Source of the DNA: an uncultured delta proteobacterium
GTDB lineage: Bacteria > Myxococcota > Myxococcia > Myxococcales > Myxococcaceae
Assembly: GCA_963713045.1 (NCBI GenBank)
Contig: CAVQKE010000003.1
Span: forward strand, 1,216,001 to 1,280,000
DNA length: 64,000 nt
Direction of reading: 5' to 3'
Shown: positions 49,557 through 60,728 of the stretch, piece after piece
Numbering within the stretch: position 1 is the stretch's first letter
Layout of the letters: each line of letters opens with the position of its first letter
Notes under the pieces: generated by a model
What the model saw: the letters and a program-made list of their open reading frames with translations, nothing else
Told to the model about the DNA's origin: nothing
Database searches by the model: none
Translations under genes and position numbers: made by a program

Positions 49557-50635
49557 AAGTTGGGGTGTTGCGGTTTGTCGGGCTGGGCGTTGCGATGCTT
49601 TTCGGGGTGGGCTGCGGCAGTACCACCCCCAGCTGCACCCCCAAGTCCGGGGGGGCAACGCCCTTCGCAACCCTGGCCGAGTGGTGCCAGGTGTCATTGG
49701 CGAATGACGACATCTCGCCGGTGGCCGGCGTGACGCCCTACACCCTCAACACCCCACTCTTCAGTGACTACGCGGTGAAGCGCCGGACGGTGTTTGTGCC
49801 GTCCGGCGGCTCCGCCACCTACGACGCAACCAACGTCTTCGACTTTCCCGACGGGACGGTGTTCACCAAGTCCTTCGGCTTTGCCGATGACATGCGCAAA
49901 GCCCAGCCCCTCGTCACCTGGGTGGAAACCCGCGTCATTTGGAAGAACGCCGGCGTCTGGCAGGCCCTGGCCTACACCTGGGACAGCGAGCAGAAGACGG
50001 CCACCGCCGCCCCGGGGGGAGAAGTCATCCCCATCGCGTGGATTGATGCGAGCGGCAACCCCGTCAACATCAACTACCTGGTGCCGTCGTCTCCCCAGTG
50101 CGCGCAGTGTCACAACAGCAGCCTGGTGCTGCAGCCCATTGGCCCCAAGGCCCGCAACCTGAATGGCAATGAGACTTACCCGGACGGAACGACGCAGAAC
50201 CAGCTGACCTACTGGACCAGCAAGGGCCTCCTCAGCGGGACTCCGGCCAGCTCTCAATGGCCCTACCTGCCGGTGTGGAATGACCCCACCACCGGCAATC
50301 TGGACCAGCGGGCCCGCGCCTATTTAGAAAGCAACTGCGCCCATTGCCACAGCTCGACCGGCGAGGCCTTCACCACCGGACTCTTCCTCTCCTCGCTGGA
50401 GACGGACCCCACCACCTACGGCGTCTGCAAGCATCCGGTGGCCGCCGGTCCCGGCGGGGGTGGACGCCCGGTCGACATCTGGCCGGGAGACCCGAGCCAG
50501 TCCATCATCCCGTTCCGGATGGATTCGGACCAGCCGTCCATCGCCATGCCACAAATCGAGCGCAGTGTGGTGGACGCACAGGGGCTGCAACTGATTACGG
50601 ACTGGATTACGTCACTCACCGGCACCTGCGACTGA
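49553..50635 (+). CDS. SO2930-family diheme c-type cytochrome lipoprotein
   Basis: TTG overlapping the upstream stop; lipobox GVGC; YTLNTPLFSDYAVK, CAQCH, PIGPKARNLN, RARAYLESNCAHCH. Confidence 0.87.
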   Translation: MKVGVLRFVGLGVAMLFGVGCGSTTPSCTPKSGGATPFATLAEWCQVSLANDDISPVAGVTPYTLNTPLFSDYAVKRRTVFVPSGGSATYDATNVFDFPDGTVFTKSFGFADDMRKAQPLVTWVETRVIWKNAGVWQALAYTWDSEQKTATAAPGGEVIPIAWIDASGNPVNINYLVPSSPQCAQCHNSSLVLQPIGPKARNLNGNETYPDGTTQNQLTYWTSKGLLSGTPASSQWPYLPVWNDPTTGNLDQRARAYLESNCAHCHSSTGEAFTTGLFLSSLETDPTTYGVCKHPVAAGPGGGGRPVDIWPGDPSQSIIPFRMDSDQPSIAMPQIERSVVDAQGLQLITDWITSLTGTCD

Positions 50636-50709
50636 CGACCACCCCTTCCGACGCGAGGCTTTTCCTTCCGGCGCGGGGGCAGTCCCACGCTACAGTCGGC
50701 TGACCCTGA

Positions 50710-53265
50710 ATGACGACTCGGCCCGACGACAGGAACTTCCGGCTCCCCCGCGACGTCCTTCCCCGGCGGTACCAGGCGCACCTGGCGGTCGACTTTGCTG
50801 CCAAGTCCTTCCGTGGCTCACAGCAGGTGACGTTGGCGGTGACCAAAGCGGTCCGCCAATTCCCTCTGCATGCGCTCAGCCTGGAAGTCCTTCGGGCCCA
50901 AGTGCGGCTGGGGAAGAAAGTGTTGGCCGCCCGCGTCACTATCCAGCCGCTGAGCGAGACGGTGCTGCTGGACTTCGACGGCGAACTTCCCGTCGGCGAG
51001 GCGACGCTGCACGTCGAGTGGACCGGCCATTTCTCGGACGGCCTGCGGGGCCTGTACCTCGCCGGAGAGGTCGCCGCCACCCAGTTCGAGGCGGCGGATG
51101 CCCGGCGCGTCTTCCCGTGCTTCGATGAACCTTCTTTCAAGGCCCGTTGGGCGCTCAGCGTCGAAGTCCCTTCTGGCCTCACCGTGCTGTCCAATGGCGC
51201 AGAAGTGGAACGCCGGACGAGCGGCGAGGGACGGGACTGGCTGCGGTTTGCCGAGACGGAGCTTCTGCCCAGCTACCTGGTGGCGCTGGTTGCCGGCCCG
51301 CTGGTCAGCAGTCCGCCAGACGTGGTGAATGCCGTCCCGGTACGCACCTGGGCACTGGCGGAAAAGGCACACCTCGCCCACTTTGGCCAAACGGCGGCGC
51401 TCGCCGCGCTGCCGCGGCTGCAGGCCTACTTTGGGCTTCCCTACGCCTTCGGAAAGCTCGACCAGGTGGCCATTCCGGACTTTGAGGCCGGGGCGATGGA
51501 GAACGCCGGCCTCATCACCTACCGCGAGCTGGCGCTCTTGGTGGACCCTCTCACCGCCCCCCTGTCGGTGCAGAAGCGCGTCGCCGAAGTCGTCACCCAC
51601 GAATTGGCCCACCAGTGGTTCGGCAACTGGGTCACCATGGTGTGGTGGGACGACTTGTGGCTCAACGAGGCCTTCGCGACGTGGATGGCCTACAAAATGG
51701 TGCACGCCTGGAAGCCCGACTGGCGGGTGTGGCTCGACTTTGACGCCGGGAAAAGCGTTGCCCTTCATCTCGACGCGCTGCGTTCCACCCACCCCATCCG
51801 CGGGACGGTGCACAACGCGGGTGAAGCAGGCGAGGCCTTCGACGCCATCACCTATGAGAAGGGTGGCGCGGTGCTGAGGATGATTGAGGGCTTCCTCGGC
51901 GAGGAGCCCTTCCGCGCGGGCATCCAGGCATACATGCGGAAGTACGCCCGGGGAAACGCCGGCGCCGATGACCTCTGGGGAGCCCTGGCCGAGGCCTCGA
52001 GTCAGCCGGTGCTGGAAGTGGCCAACGCCTGGATTCGGCAGCCCGGCTATCCCGTCGTCAGCGTCTCTCTGTCGGGGAGCCGACTCCTCCTCGCCCAGTC
52101 GCGCTTCTTCTCGGACCCTTCGGCCACCGGTGAGGAGCGCTGGCCGGTGCCGCTCGTCCTGCGCTGGGCGGATGACGCCGGCGAGCACGAGACGCGCATC
52201 CTCATGGGGGACTGGACGCACACCAGCGACCTCAGCCTGTCCGGTCGGTTGCATTGGCTGTGCGCCAACGCCGGTTCCACCGGCTTCTACCGCGTGGCCT
52301 ATGACGCCCCCTCGCTGCTGGCCCTCCGCAGCCATTTGTCAGCGCTGGCCCCAGCCGAGCGGATTGGGCTGGTGGCGGACCAGTGGGCCCTGGTCCGGGC
52401 CGGCCGTGCGCGCATCGGCGACTTCCTGGACCTCGCCCTGGGCTTTGCCGGTGAGCAGGACGACGCCGTCCTCGACGAATTGGTCGGCAAACTCGGCTAC
52501 GTCGACGCCCGGCTGTTGGACGCGGAGGGCACGGCACGCTTCCGGCGCGTGGTGGACGCCCTCTTTGGTCCCGCCTTTGCCCGGATGGGCTGGGAGCCCC
52601 GCCCCGGCGAAAGCGACTTGGACCGCCTTCGGCGCGCTTCGCTGCTGCGCGGCGTGGGGGGCCTGGCGCGCAGTCCGGCCGTCATCGCCGAGGCCAGTGC
52701 GCGCGTCGCCCGCATGCTGGACCACGGCCGGGACGCGTTGGAGGCGAACCTGTTGGACGGCGGCGTGGCCATTGCCGCGCGTGCCGGAAATGCCTCTCTC
52801 TTCGACAAGCTGAAAGCCGGCTTTCCGAACGAGCCAGACCCGGCCACCAAGAGGCGCTACATGATGGCCCTGACGGCCTTTGAGGACCCGGCCCTCGCCG
52901 CCCAAGCCCGAAGCCTGCTCCTGGAAGGCGGAGTGCCGATGCAGGACGTGGCCGGCTACGTCCATGGACTGTTGGCCAACCGCGAGGCGCGCGACGCCAG
53001 TTGGCGGCTGTTGCAGGAGCGCTGGACGGACGTCCTCGAACGCACCGGCGGCGCGCCGATGCTGGTCCGCCGCGTCGTCGAAGCCCTCGGGAACCTCCAG
53101 ACCCGCGCTCAACTCGAGGAGGTGCGCGCCTTCCTCGCCGAGCACCCGGTGCCAGAGGCCCAGCAGGCGGTGGCGCAAACCTTGGAGCGGTTGACTCAGG
53201 ACGTCGCGCTGCGCGAGCGGCTGGTGTCCGAGGTGGCGGCTTGGCTGAAGGCCAAGGGAAGCTAG
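50710..53265 (+). CDS. pepN: M1 family aminopeptidase with ERAP1-like C-terminal domain
   Basis: TQFE, FPCFDEP, GAMEN, HELAHQWFG...LWLNE, YEKGG. Confidence 0.93.
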   Translation: MTTRPDDRNFRLPRDVLPRRYQAHLAVDFAAKSFRGSQQVTLAVTKAVRQFPLHALSLEVLRAQVRLGKKVLAARVTIQPLSETVLLDFDGELPVGEATLHVEWTGHFSDGLRGLYLAGEVAATQFEAADARRVFPCFDEPSFKARWALSVEVPSGLTVLSNGAEVERRTSGEGRDWLRFAETELLPSYLVALVAGPLVSSPPDVVNAVPVRTWALAEKAHLAHFGQTAALAALPRLQAYFGLPYAFGKLDQVAIPDFEAGAMENAGLITYRELALLVDPLTAPLSVQKRVAEVVTHELAHQWFGNWVTMVWWDDLWLNEAFATWMAYKMVHAWKPDWRVWLDFDAGKSVALHLDALRSTHPIRGTVHNAGEAGEAFDAITYEKGGAVLRMIEGFLGEEPFRAGIQAYMRKYARGNAGADDLWGALAEASSQPVLEVANAWIRQPGYPVVSVSLSGSRLLLAQSRFFSDPSATGEERWPVPLVLRWADDAGEHETRILMGDWTHTSDLSLSGRLHWLCANAGSTGFYRVAYDAPSLLALRSHLSALAPAERIGLVADQWALVRAGRARIGDFLDLALGFAGEQDDAVLDELVGKLGYVDARLLDAEGTARFRRVVDALFGPAFARMGWEPRPGESDLDRLRRASLLRGVGGLARSPAVIAEASARVARMLDHGRDALEANLLDGGVAIAARAGNASLFDKLKAGFPNEPDPATKRRYMMALTAFEDPALAAQARSLLLEGGVPMQDVAGYVHGLLANREARDASWRLLQERWTDVLERTGGAPMLVRRVVEALGNLQTRAQLEEVRAFLAEHPVPEAQQAVAQTLERLTQDVALRERLVSEVAAWLKAKGS

Positions 53266-53287
53266 CGCGCGGGCGCCGTGCCGGCCG

Positions 53288-54577
53288 TCACCTTGAGGGC
53301 CGTGCGTCGCGCGCCGCCTGCGCCGCCCGGGTAAGCGCCTCGAGAAAGCGCCCTCCCAAGAGTTGTCGCTGGGCCTCGCCCTCGTCGCGCTCGAGGTGCT
53401 GCGGGGTCTCGACGTAGCCAAAATACCCGTTGACCAGGCTCACGACGCGGCGCGCGCCGGCCGCCTCCTCCAACACCCGGCCCGCTGCTCCTGACGGCTC
53501 GGCCGGCACGCCAAGCAGGACGAGGGGTCCAAACCACAGCAGCTCCACCGCTGCCCCCGACGGCGCCGCAGCGCATAGCACGTTGTCGGCGAGCGGCCGA
53601 AACCGCCGCGGCACCAGTCTCTGGGCATCGGGCCCGGGAAGGTCCACGGCGACGCGGGCCACACCGAGGCCAGCGGGCACGTTCACCAGCGCCAGCGCGT
53701 CCGAGGCCGAGGCCAGCGTCTGGACGAAGCCGGTGAGGCGCTGGGGGTTGTCCCACTGGGGGGCGGGCGAGACGTTTCCCACCGCACCCTGCAGCACCAG
53801 CGTCACGCCGTGGCCGCGGGCCTCCTCGGCCTCCGCCAGCCGGCCGGGCCAGTCCGGGTCCAGACCGCCGGGCGGCCGCGCCACCAGCGTCGGGTGGCAG
53901 GCGAAGACAAGCAGCTGGGCCACCGGCTTGGCCTCGCCCTCGAAGACGAGGCGAGACAGACGTGCGTCCACGTCCTGGGGCGCTTCCCGTGCGCCCACCA
54001 ACTCCGGGAGGGACGTCTCGCCGAAGCGCAGCGAGACCGGGCGCCGCGCCTGGTACGCGTCGCGGAGGGCCGCTGCCGCCGCGGCCACCACCGCCTCGCG
54101 CGTCCGGCGGTGCAGCAGCCCGGTGCCGGCCACCTGGACGAGGAGGTTGCTGGCGTAGCCGCCCGGGCCGGAGTGGGTGTGCGTCACCGCCACCCACAAC
54201 TCCGTCAGCCCGAGGCCAGTGGTGGCTTGGCGGATGGCCGTCTCCAAGCCCGCGTCCCCCACCAGGACATCCAAGGTCACCAGGCCGACCCGCACCTGGC
54301 CAGCCTCCACCACCAAGGCCGAGGCGCGGACGGGGAAGGCGACGGCCGAAGTGTTGGCGCGCGGGATGCCGTAGCCCGCCACCGCCGTGGGCAGCGGTAC
54401 GCCGAGAGGCTGGCTCGCCGCCCCGGCCAACAGCGCGCCCTCGGCGTGGGCCAAAAGCTGCACCTGCGGGGGCCGGGCCGGCCGTCCCGCGCAGACGTCC
54501 CACAGTCCGGCGAGGAGACACAGTCCAGCGAGGAGAAGCGCGCCGAGGAGGAGGGCGGCGCGCCGCAAAGGCCTCAC
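53288..54577 (-). CDS. Neutral/alkaline ceramidase N-terminal-domain family protein, exported
   Basis: GTG 54577, hydrophobic N-terminus; [41 protein letters not shown]. Confidence 0.72.
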   Translation of the reverse strand: MRPLRRAALLLGALLLAGLCLLAGLWDVCAGRPARPPQVQLLAHAEGALLAGAASQPLGVPLPTAVAGYGIPRANTSAVAFPVRASALVVEAGQVRVGLVTLDVLVGDAGLETAIRQATTGLGLTELWVAVTHTHSGPGGYASNLLVQVAGTGLLHRRTREAVVAAAAAALRDAYQARRPVSLRFGETSLPELVGAREAPQDVDARLSRLVFEGEAKPVAQLLVFACHPTLVARPPGGLDPDWPGRLAEAEEARGHGVTLVLQGAVGNVSPAPQWDNPQRLTGFVQTLASASDALALVNVPAGLGVARVAVDLPGPDAQRLVPRRFRPLADNVLCAAAPSGAAVELLWFGPLVLLGVPAEPSGAAGRVLEEAAGARRVVSLVNGYFGYVETPQHLERDEGEAQRQLLGGRFLEALTRAAQAARDARPSR

Positions 54578-55440
54578 GCCGTTGCGTTCCGGACGGTGAT
54601 GAGTTGCTCGCTCGCCTCCCACAGCTTGCGGGCCGCCTCACCGTCGCGTGCCGCTGGGCTGGGCCGCACCTCACGGGACTTGGTGAAATACTTCCCGCTG
54701 ACGCCTTCCACCTCGGGGGAGGTGGCCAGGTAGACCAGCGTCCGGGCGCCTTTCTGCGGACTGAGAAGGAACGGGGCGGCGAGCTTCACCAGGGTTTGAA
54801 AGAGGCCCGGGGTGTTGCTTCCGAAGCCGGTGGCCACCACGCCGGGGTGCAGGGCGTTGACGGTGACGCCCGTCCCGGCCAGGCGCCGGGCCAGCTCCTC
54901 GGTGAAGAGAATGTTCATCAGCTTGGACTGCCCGTACACCCGGAGGCCCGAGTAGCGCTTCCGGTTCTGCAAGTCGTCGAAGTCGAGGCGCATTCCGCGG
55001 TGGGCGTCCGAGGCGACATTCACCACCCGCGACGGGGCGCTGGCCTTGAGGAGGTCCAACAACTCCCGCGTCAGCAGGAAGTAGGCCAGGTGGTTCAGGG
55101 CCAGCGTCTTCTCAAGGCCCTCGGCCGTCTCCTCACGCCGGGTGAAGATGGCGCCGGCGTTGTTGACCAGCACGTCCAACCGCGGGTAGCGCTTTTTGAC
55201 GTCGGCTGCCAGGCGACGCACCTCGCTGCGCAACGAGAGGTCGGCCACCAGCCCTTCCACCTGGGCATTTCCGGAGGCCGCCCGGACGGCTGCCACCGTC
55301 GCCTCGACGCGCGCTTTGTCCCTGCCAACCAGCGCCAGCGTCAGCCCCTTTCGGGCGAGTGCATCCGCGGCGGCCCGGCCAATCCCGCGGGTGGCGCCGG
55401 TGAGCAGGCACACCTTTCCGCCAAAGTCGCCAGCTTGCAT
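54574..55440 (-). CDS. SDR family oxidoreductase (retinol dehydrogenase-like)
   Basis: [30 protein letters not shown]. Confidence 0.92.
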   Translation of the reverse strand: MQAGDFGGKVCLLTGATRGIGRAAADALARKGLTLALVGRDKARVEATVAAVRAASGNAQVEGLVADLSLRSEVRRLAADVKKRYPRLDVLVNNAGAIFTRREETAEGLEKTLALNHLAYFLLTRELLDLLKASAPSRVVNVASDAHRGMRLDFDDLQNRKRYSGLRVYGQSKLMNILFTEELARRLAGTGVTVNALHPGVVATGFGSNTPGLFQTLVKLAAPFLLSPQKGARTLVYLATSPEVEGVSGKYFTKSREVRPSPAARDGEAARKLWEASEQLITVRNATA

Positions 55441-55545
55441 CCACCCAACCCTACACCACTCGCAGCCTCCGGCCGGAAGCTCCTCGTCGCGCTTGGGCGG
55501 CCAAGCCGTGCAGGCGACAGCCGAGCGGTGTATGTCCCCTTTGCC

Positions 55546-56931
55546 ATGTGCGGCATCTTCGGCATCTTTGGGAACTCCGAGGCCTCCAACCTCACCTACC
55601 TAGGCCTGCACGCCCTGCAGCACCGCGGGCAGGAGTCGGCCGGCATCGTCAGCGCCGACGGGCGGACCTTCCACGTCCGGCGGGAGATGGGCCTCGTCCA
55701 GGACATTTTCGGTGCCCGTCACCTGGAAGCACTCGCTGGACGCGCGGCCATCGGCCACGTGCGCTATTCGACGTCCGGCGTCAGCCAGCACAAGAATGCT
55801 CAGCCGCTGACGGTCGAGTACTCCCTCGGCAAGCTGGCAGTGGCCCACAACGGCAACCTCACCAACGCCCCCCAGCTGCGGGCGGAGCTGGAGCAACAAG
55901 GCGCCATTTTCAGCGGAGACTCAGACACCGAAGTCATCATCCACCTTATGGCGCGCAGCCGGGCGCCGACACTGGCCAAGCAAATGGTGGAGGCCCTGGC
56001 CAAGGTGCAGGGCAGCTACTCGCTCCTCTTTCTCACGCCGACGGCCATCGTCGCGGTGCGGGACCCTCGGGGCTTCCGACCGCTGGTGTTGGGGAAGCTG
56101 CGCGACGCCACCGTCTTCGCTTCGGAGACGACTGCGCTTGACCTGGTGGGGGCAACGCTGTCGCGCGAAGTTGAGCCCGGGGAAATGGTGGTGGTGGACG
56201 ACATGGGGACGCGCTCTTCGCGGCCTTTCCCAGCCGAGCGCCCGACCCGGTGCGCCTTCGAGCACGTTTACTTCGCCAAGCCGGATTCGGAGCTGTTCGG
56301 CGCCTCCGTCTACATGACGCGCCAGCGCCTGGGGATGCAGCTGGCGCTGGAGCAGCCGGCGTCCGCCGACTTGGTCATCGGAGTCCCCGACTCTGGGGTT
56401 CCGGCTGCCATCGGCTACTCCAAAGCCTCGGGCATTCCCTACGACGTGGGTCTCATTCGCAGCCACTACGTCGGCCGGACCTTCATCGAGCCGCAGCAGT
56501 CGATTCGCCACTTCGGGGTGAAGCTGAAGCTGGCGGCGGTGCGCGAAGTCCTCAAGGGCAAGCGCGTGGTGGTGGTGGACGACTCCATCGTCCGGGGCAC
56601 CACCTCTCGCAAGATTGTGGCGATGATTAAGGCCGCTGGCGCCTCGGAAGTGCACCTGCGCATCTCCAGCCCCCCCACCCGCTGGCCCTGCTACTACGGC
56701 ATCGACACCCCTCGGCGCGCAGAGCTCATCGCTGCCACCCAACCGGTGGAGGAGATTGCGCGTTTCGTGACGGCGGACTCGCTGGGCTACCTCAGCGTGG
56801 AGGGCCTGGGAACGGCCCTCGGCGACCCAGAGTCCAAGACGTTTTGCATGGCGTGCTTCACTGGAAAATACCCAACGCCCATCCGCAACGTTGAAGACGA
56901 AGCTCCCGCGCGAAGCGCGGCGCGGGGCTAG
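55546..56931 (+). CDS. purF: Amidophosphoribosyltransferase
   Basis: [42 protein letters not shown]. Confidence 0.96.
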   Translation: MCGIFGIFGNSEASNLTYLGLHALQHRGQESAGIVSADGRTFHVRREMGLVQDIFGARHLEALAGRAAIGHVRYSTSGVSQHKNAQPLTVEYSLGKLAVAHNGNLTNAPQLRAELEQQGAIFSGDSDTEVIIHLMARSRAPTLAKQMVEALAKVQGSYSLLFLTPTAIVAVRDPRGFRPLVLGKLRDATVFASETTALDLVGATLSREVEPGEMVVVDDMGTRSSRPFPAERPTRCAFEHVYFAKPDSELFGASVYMTRQRLGMQLALEQPASADLVIGVPDSGVPAAIGYSKASGIPYDVGLIRSHYVGRTFIEPQQSIRHFGVKLKLAAVREVLKGKRVVVVDDSIVRGTTSRKIVAMIKAAGASEVHLRISSPPTRWPCYYGIDTPRRAELIAATQPVEEIARFVTADSLGYLSVEGLGTALGDPESKTFCMACFTGKYPTPIRNVEDEAPARSAARG

Positions 56932-57000
56932 CCTCTGAGATGGGCCAAGGCCAAGGCCGTTCCCGAGCGGGTTGGCGCCCACGCTGTCGCTGACCGCCGC

Positions 57001-58584
57001 TTGGCGCGCCGTGTCCTGGTGGGCCTGGGGTTGCTCGCCCTCTTGGCGTTGCTGGTGCCGCTGCTCGGCTACCGGACAGACGTGGCCGAGGCTCACCGGC
57101 TGCTTCACGCGCGGGTGAGTCGCGAGGCCGCGGTCTATGCCGATGCGCTCGACACGCACGTGCGGGCCCTGGAGGCCGAGCTGCAACGGCTGGCCTCTCG
57201 GCCGCAAGTGGACTTGCGCGACGAAACCACGGCCCCCGAGCAGGAGCTGCTGGACTTTGCGCACCACAATTCCGCCTTCTTCGCCGGAGTGGCGGTGCTG
57301 GATGACAAGGGGCTCCCGGTGTGGAGCGAGCCGAAGGACGTCCTTCCGGCCATCTCCATGGAGCAGCGGCGCTGGTTTCAGCAGATGCTGTTGCGCCAGG
57401 CTCCGGCCATGGATGCGCTGGAGCCGGGGGGCCGGACCTTCGTGGTGGCAGTCCCGGTGATGCGTGGAAACGAAATTACCGGCGCGGTGGTGGGGTTGGT
57501 GGACGCGACCCGGCACGTGCTGCCCGGCGGCCGGACGGTCAGCGAGAACCTCGAGCTGGTGGTGGCCGACAGAAATGGTGACGTGCTGGCACCGGCCGTG
57601 CCACCGGAATGGGTGCGCGCGGAGTTTTTCCCGGAACGCCTCAACCAGCTGCTTGACGAGGGGTCGGGAGAGACGGTGTCACTCTCCGGTGCCCCGCAAT
57701 TTGCGGTGGCGACGCTGGTTGGAAAAACCGGCCTTCGACTGCTGCTGGTGGCTGACGAGAAAGCCATGCTGGCGCCGGTCCGTCAGCGCTTTCTCGCCCA
57801 GCTGCTGCTGGCGCTGGTGCTTCAGGGACTGACGGTGCTGCTGTTCACCCTTTTTCTCCGCCAGAGCTACCGCAGCTGGCGAGAAATGGAGACGCGCGCC
57901 AGCCAGCAGGAGAAAATGGCCGCTTTGGGGACAGCCTCCTCCCTCATCGCGCACGAGGTGAAGAATTCCCTCAATGGATTGAAGGTGGCCACCTCGCTTC
58001 TCGGCGACACCGACAACGCCGGGCTCGCCACGCGCAGCATTCGTGGGCAGATTGACCGGCTCGGCCACCTCGCCCAGTCGCTGCTGTCCTTTGGCCGTCC
58101 GGCCCAGCCGCAGCTCGCCGAGGCCGGCTTGGCGGAACTGGTCCAGGATGCGCTGGACGGAGTGCGCGCCCTTCCAGAAGCGGACGAGGTCACCGTGGAG
58201 ACGGTGCTTCAGACGCCGCTGCGTGTCCACTGCGACCCGCTGCTGCTGGCGACCGCGCTGGACAACCTGTTGCGCAATGCCATCGAGGCCGTGGTGGCAG
58301 CCAAGGACCTCGGACACCAGCCTTGTCCCCGCGTCCGTGTCGAGGCCTGCTCTCGGGGCGACTCGGCCTGGGTGGTGGTGGAGGACAATGCCGGCGGCCC
58401 GCCGGTTGGCTTCGAGGGGCAGCTCTTCCAACCCTTCGTCACCAGCAAGCCCAAGGGAATTGGCCTTGGACTGTCCATGGCCCGCCAGGCGGTGGAACGG
58501 CAGGGAGGACACTTGGGCTTCGAGCGCACCGAGCGGGGTAGCCGCTTCACCGTCCAGCTGCAGCAGGTGAAGGCGGTGGCATGA
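57001..58584 (+). CDS. Sensor histidine kinase (two TMs, Cache-like periplasmic domain)
   Basis: AHEVKNSL, NLLRNAIEA, EDNAGG, FQPFVTSK, GIGLGL; true start may be ATG 56940 if one G is an error (giving MAKAKAVPE...). Confidence 0.9.
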   Translation: MARRVLVGLGLLALLALLVPLLGYRTDVAEAHRLLHARVSREAAVYADALDTHVRALEAELQRLASRPQVDLRDETTAPEQELLDFAHHNSAFFAGVAVLDDKGLPVWSEPKDVLPAISMEQRRWFQQMLLRQAPAMDALEPGGRTFVVAVPVMRGNEITGAVVGLVDATRHVLPGGRTVSENLELVVADRNGDVLAPAVPPEWVRAEFFPERLNQLLDEGSGETVSLSGAPQFAVATLVGKTGLRLLLVADEKAMLAPVRQRFLAQLLLALVLQGLTVLLFTLFLRQSYRSWREMETRASQQEKMAALGTASSLIAHEVKNSLNGLKVATSLLGDTDNAGLATRSIRGQIDRLGHLAQSLLSFGRPAQPQLAEAGLAELVQDALDGVRALPEADEVTVETVLQTPLRVHCDPLLLATALDNLLRNAIEAVVAAKDLGHQPCPRVRVEACSRGDSAWVVVEDNAGGPPVGFEGQLFQPFVTSKPKGIGLGLSMARQAVERQGGHLGFERTERGSRFTVQLQQVKAVA

Positions 58585-59927
58585 AGCGTTCGGTGCTGGT
58601 GGTGGACGACGACCGGTCGTTTTCCTTGCTGGCGCAGGCCGCGCTGGCCCGAGAGGGCTGGCCGGTCCGTCTGGCCCGCAGTCTCCACGAGGCGCGCCTG
58701 GCGCTGGAGGCCGAGGCGCCAGACGTGGTGGTGCTGGACCGTCGACTGCCCGATGGAGACGGGCTGGACTTTCTCAGCACGCTGCTTGCGCTGCTTCCGG
58801 ACGTCCCGGTGGTGATGGTCACCGCCCATGGCGACATCCAGAGTGCGGTGGACGCCATCCGCGCCGGCGCCGCGGACTACATGGCCAAGCCGGTGGAGCT
58901 CGCGGACTTGGTGCTGCGGGTGCGGCGTGCCTTCGGCGAGCAGAACCTGCGCGAGCGGCTGTCTCGGGCGGAAGCCGAGCTGTCCGGACGCCGCAAGTTG
59001 GTGACTCCGCGCTCGGCTGCCATGCGTCGGCTGCTGTCCGCGCTCGAGCGCATCGCCACCACGCCCAGAAGCCCGGTGCTGCTGCTTGGTCCGACCGGCT
59101 CAGGGAAGGAGCTTTTGGCCCGGCACCTACACGCCCTTTCTCACGCCAGCCAGGCCCCCTTTGTCCACGTCAACTGCGCGGCGTTGCCGGAAAGCGTCGT
59201 CGAGAGTGAACTCTTCGGGCACGAGAAGGGTGCCTTCACCGACGCCCGCGCCTCCCGCCGCGGGCTGGTGGAAGCGGCCAACGGCGGCACCCTCTTTCTC
59301 GACGAAGTGGGGGAGCTCCCGCTCGGACTTCAGGCCAAGCTGCTCACCTTTCTCGACTCCGGAAACTACCGCCGCGTCGGCAGCAGCTCCGAGGAGACGA
59401 GCCTGGCGCGGGTGGTGGCCGCCACCAACCGCGACCTGCAGGAGGAAATTCGGGCCGGGCGCTTTCGGGAAGACGTGTGGTTTCGCCTCAGCGTCTTTGC
59501 ACTTGAGGTGCCCCCCCTTCGCGAGCGCCCGGAAGACATCCTTCCCATGGCCGAAGCGCTGCTGAGCGAATTGTCCGCCGAACTCGGTCGCAAGGGGGCT
59601 GTCCTCGGGGCGCTGGCGCGGGAGCGCATCCAGCGCTACCCCTTCCCAGGCAACGTCCGCGAGCTGCGCAACGTGCTGGAACGGGCGATGGTGCTCGAGG
59701 CAGGCCCCGAGCTGGAGCTGCCAGTCCTCGACGGCCGCCCCGAGCCCGTGCCCGGCGTCCCAGACGCAAGCGCCCCCTTTCTCATCCCAGGCGCCCCGAT
59801 TGCCATGGAAGAGATTGAACGCCGCTACGCGCGGCACGTGCTGGAGCAGCTGGGGGGCCGGCGCGTGGAGGCAGCCAAGGCCCTCGGCCTTTCCTACCCC
59901 ACCTTCCTGAAGCGGATTGAGGACTAG
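58581..59927 (+). CDS. NtrC-type sigma54-dependent response regulator
   Basis: Receiver VVDDD/LDRRLPDGDG, GPTGSGKE, ESELFGHEKGAFTDA, FLDEVGE, PGNVRELRN, C-terminal HTH; ATGA overlap with the kinase. Confidence 0.94.
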   Translation: MKRSVLVVDDDRSFSLLAQAALAREGWPVRLARSLHEARLALEAEAPDVVVLDRRLPDGDGLDFLSTLLALLPDVPVVMVTAHGDIQSAVDAIRAGAADYMAKPVELADLVLRVRRAFGEQNLRERLSRAEAELSGRRKLVTPRSAAMRRLLSALERIATTPRSPVLLLGPTGSGKELLARHLHALSHASQAPFVHVNCAALPESVVESELFGHEKGAFTDARASRRGLVEAANGGTLFLDEVGELPLGLQAKLLTFLDSGNYRRVGSSSEETSLARVVAATNRDLQEEIRAGRFREDVWFRLSVFALEVPPLRERPEDILPMAEALLSELSAELGRKGAVLGALARERIQRYPFPGNVRELRNVLERAMVLEAGPELELPVLDGRPEPVPGVPDASAPFLIPGAPIAMEEIERRYARHVLEQLGGRRVEAAKALGLSYPTFLKRIED

Positions 59928-60092
59928 CGTCTTTTCCAAGCGGCGTGTCCCTCGCCGTGCACAGGCCTGCCCTCAGCCTTTCCACAGGCTCGTCACAAGC
60001 GTAGCGGCCTTTTGGGCGCAGGCGCCCACAACTTCTCCCCAGATTTTGAATTCTGTCGGCAACTTGTGCGGCGAGGCGGTGGCCCCCGGGTG

Positions 60093-60728
60093 CTAGCGGC
60101 TGGGGGGCTTCGCCGGCTCCTGCGCGGCCAAGTCCACCAGTCGCACCAGGGCCGCCACCGAGTCCACCTGCAGCTTGTACATGACCTGCTGTCGGTGCGC
60201 CTTCACGGTGGGCTCGCTCAGGCCGAGGTGGGCCGCCACTTGCTTGTTGAGGAGCCCCTGCGCCACCAAGTGGCACACCTGTCGCTCCCGTGGGGTCAGG
60301 CGGGCGAGCCGGGCGCGGGCGTCCGCCTGGCGTTGGCGCTGCTCTCGCGTCCGCTCGTCCTGGAGGAGAGCTCTCTCGATGGCGTCCAGCAGCTGGCCCT
60401 CATTCACCGGCTTGGTCAGGAAGTCGACGGCGCCGGCGCGCATCGCCTTCACCGAGTCTGAAATTTCGCCGGCGCCGGAAATGAAGACGACCGGCAGCTT
60501 CCGCGGCGAGCGCTCCAGGGCGTCCTGCAGTGCGAGGCCGTCCACTTCCGGCATCCTCAAGTCCACCAACGCGCACGCTGGCCCCCCGGCAGTTGCGGTG
60601 CGGAGAAACTCCTCGGCTGAGCCATAGGCCTCGGCCGCAATGCCGAGCGAGGCCAACTGGCGCACCAGCGAGGTACAGAAGGTTGGGTCGTCGTCGATGA
60701 CGAATACTTTGGCGCCTGGTGCAATCAC
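60093..60728 (-). CDS. FixJ/LuxR-type response regulator
   Basis: VIDDD, VDLRMPEVDG, AMRAGAVDFLTKP, LTPRERQV...GLLNKQVA. Confidence 0.93.
   Translation of the reverse strand: MIAPGAKVFVIDDDPTFCTSLVRQLASLGIAAEAYGSAEEFLRTATAGGPACALVDLRMPEVDGLALQDALERSPRKLPVVFISGAGEISDSVKAMRAGAVDFLTKPVNEGQLLDAIERALLQDERTREQRQRQADARARLARLTPRERQVCHLVAQGLLNKQVAAHLGLSEPTVKAHRQQVMYKLQVDSVAALVRLVDLAAQEPAKPPSR

Noticed and set aside
53962..55545. Apparent 528-aa N-terminal extension of PurF
   Set aside because: PurF needs Cys near its N-terminus (MCG at 55546), and the extension is antisense to the SDR and ceramidase-like genes.
59220..59250. GAFTDA instead of GAFTGA in the sigma54 activator
   Set aside because: A common variant among enhancer-binding proteins; not evidence of novelty.
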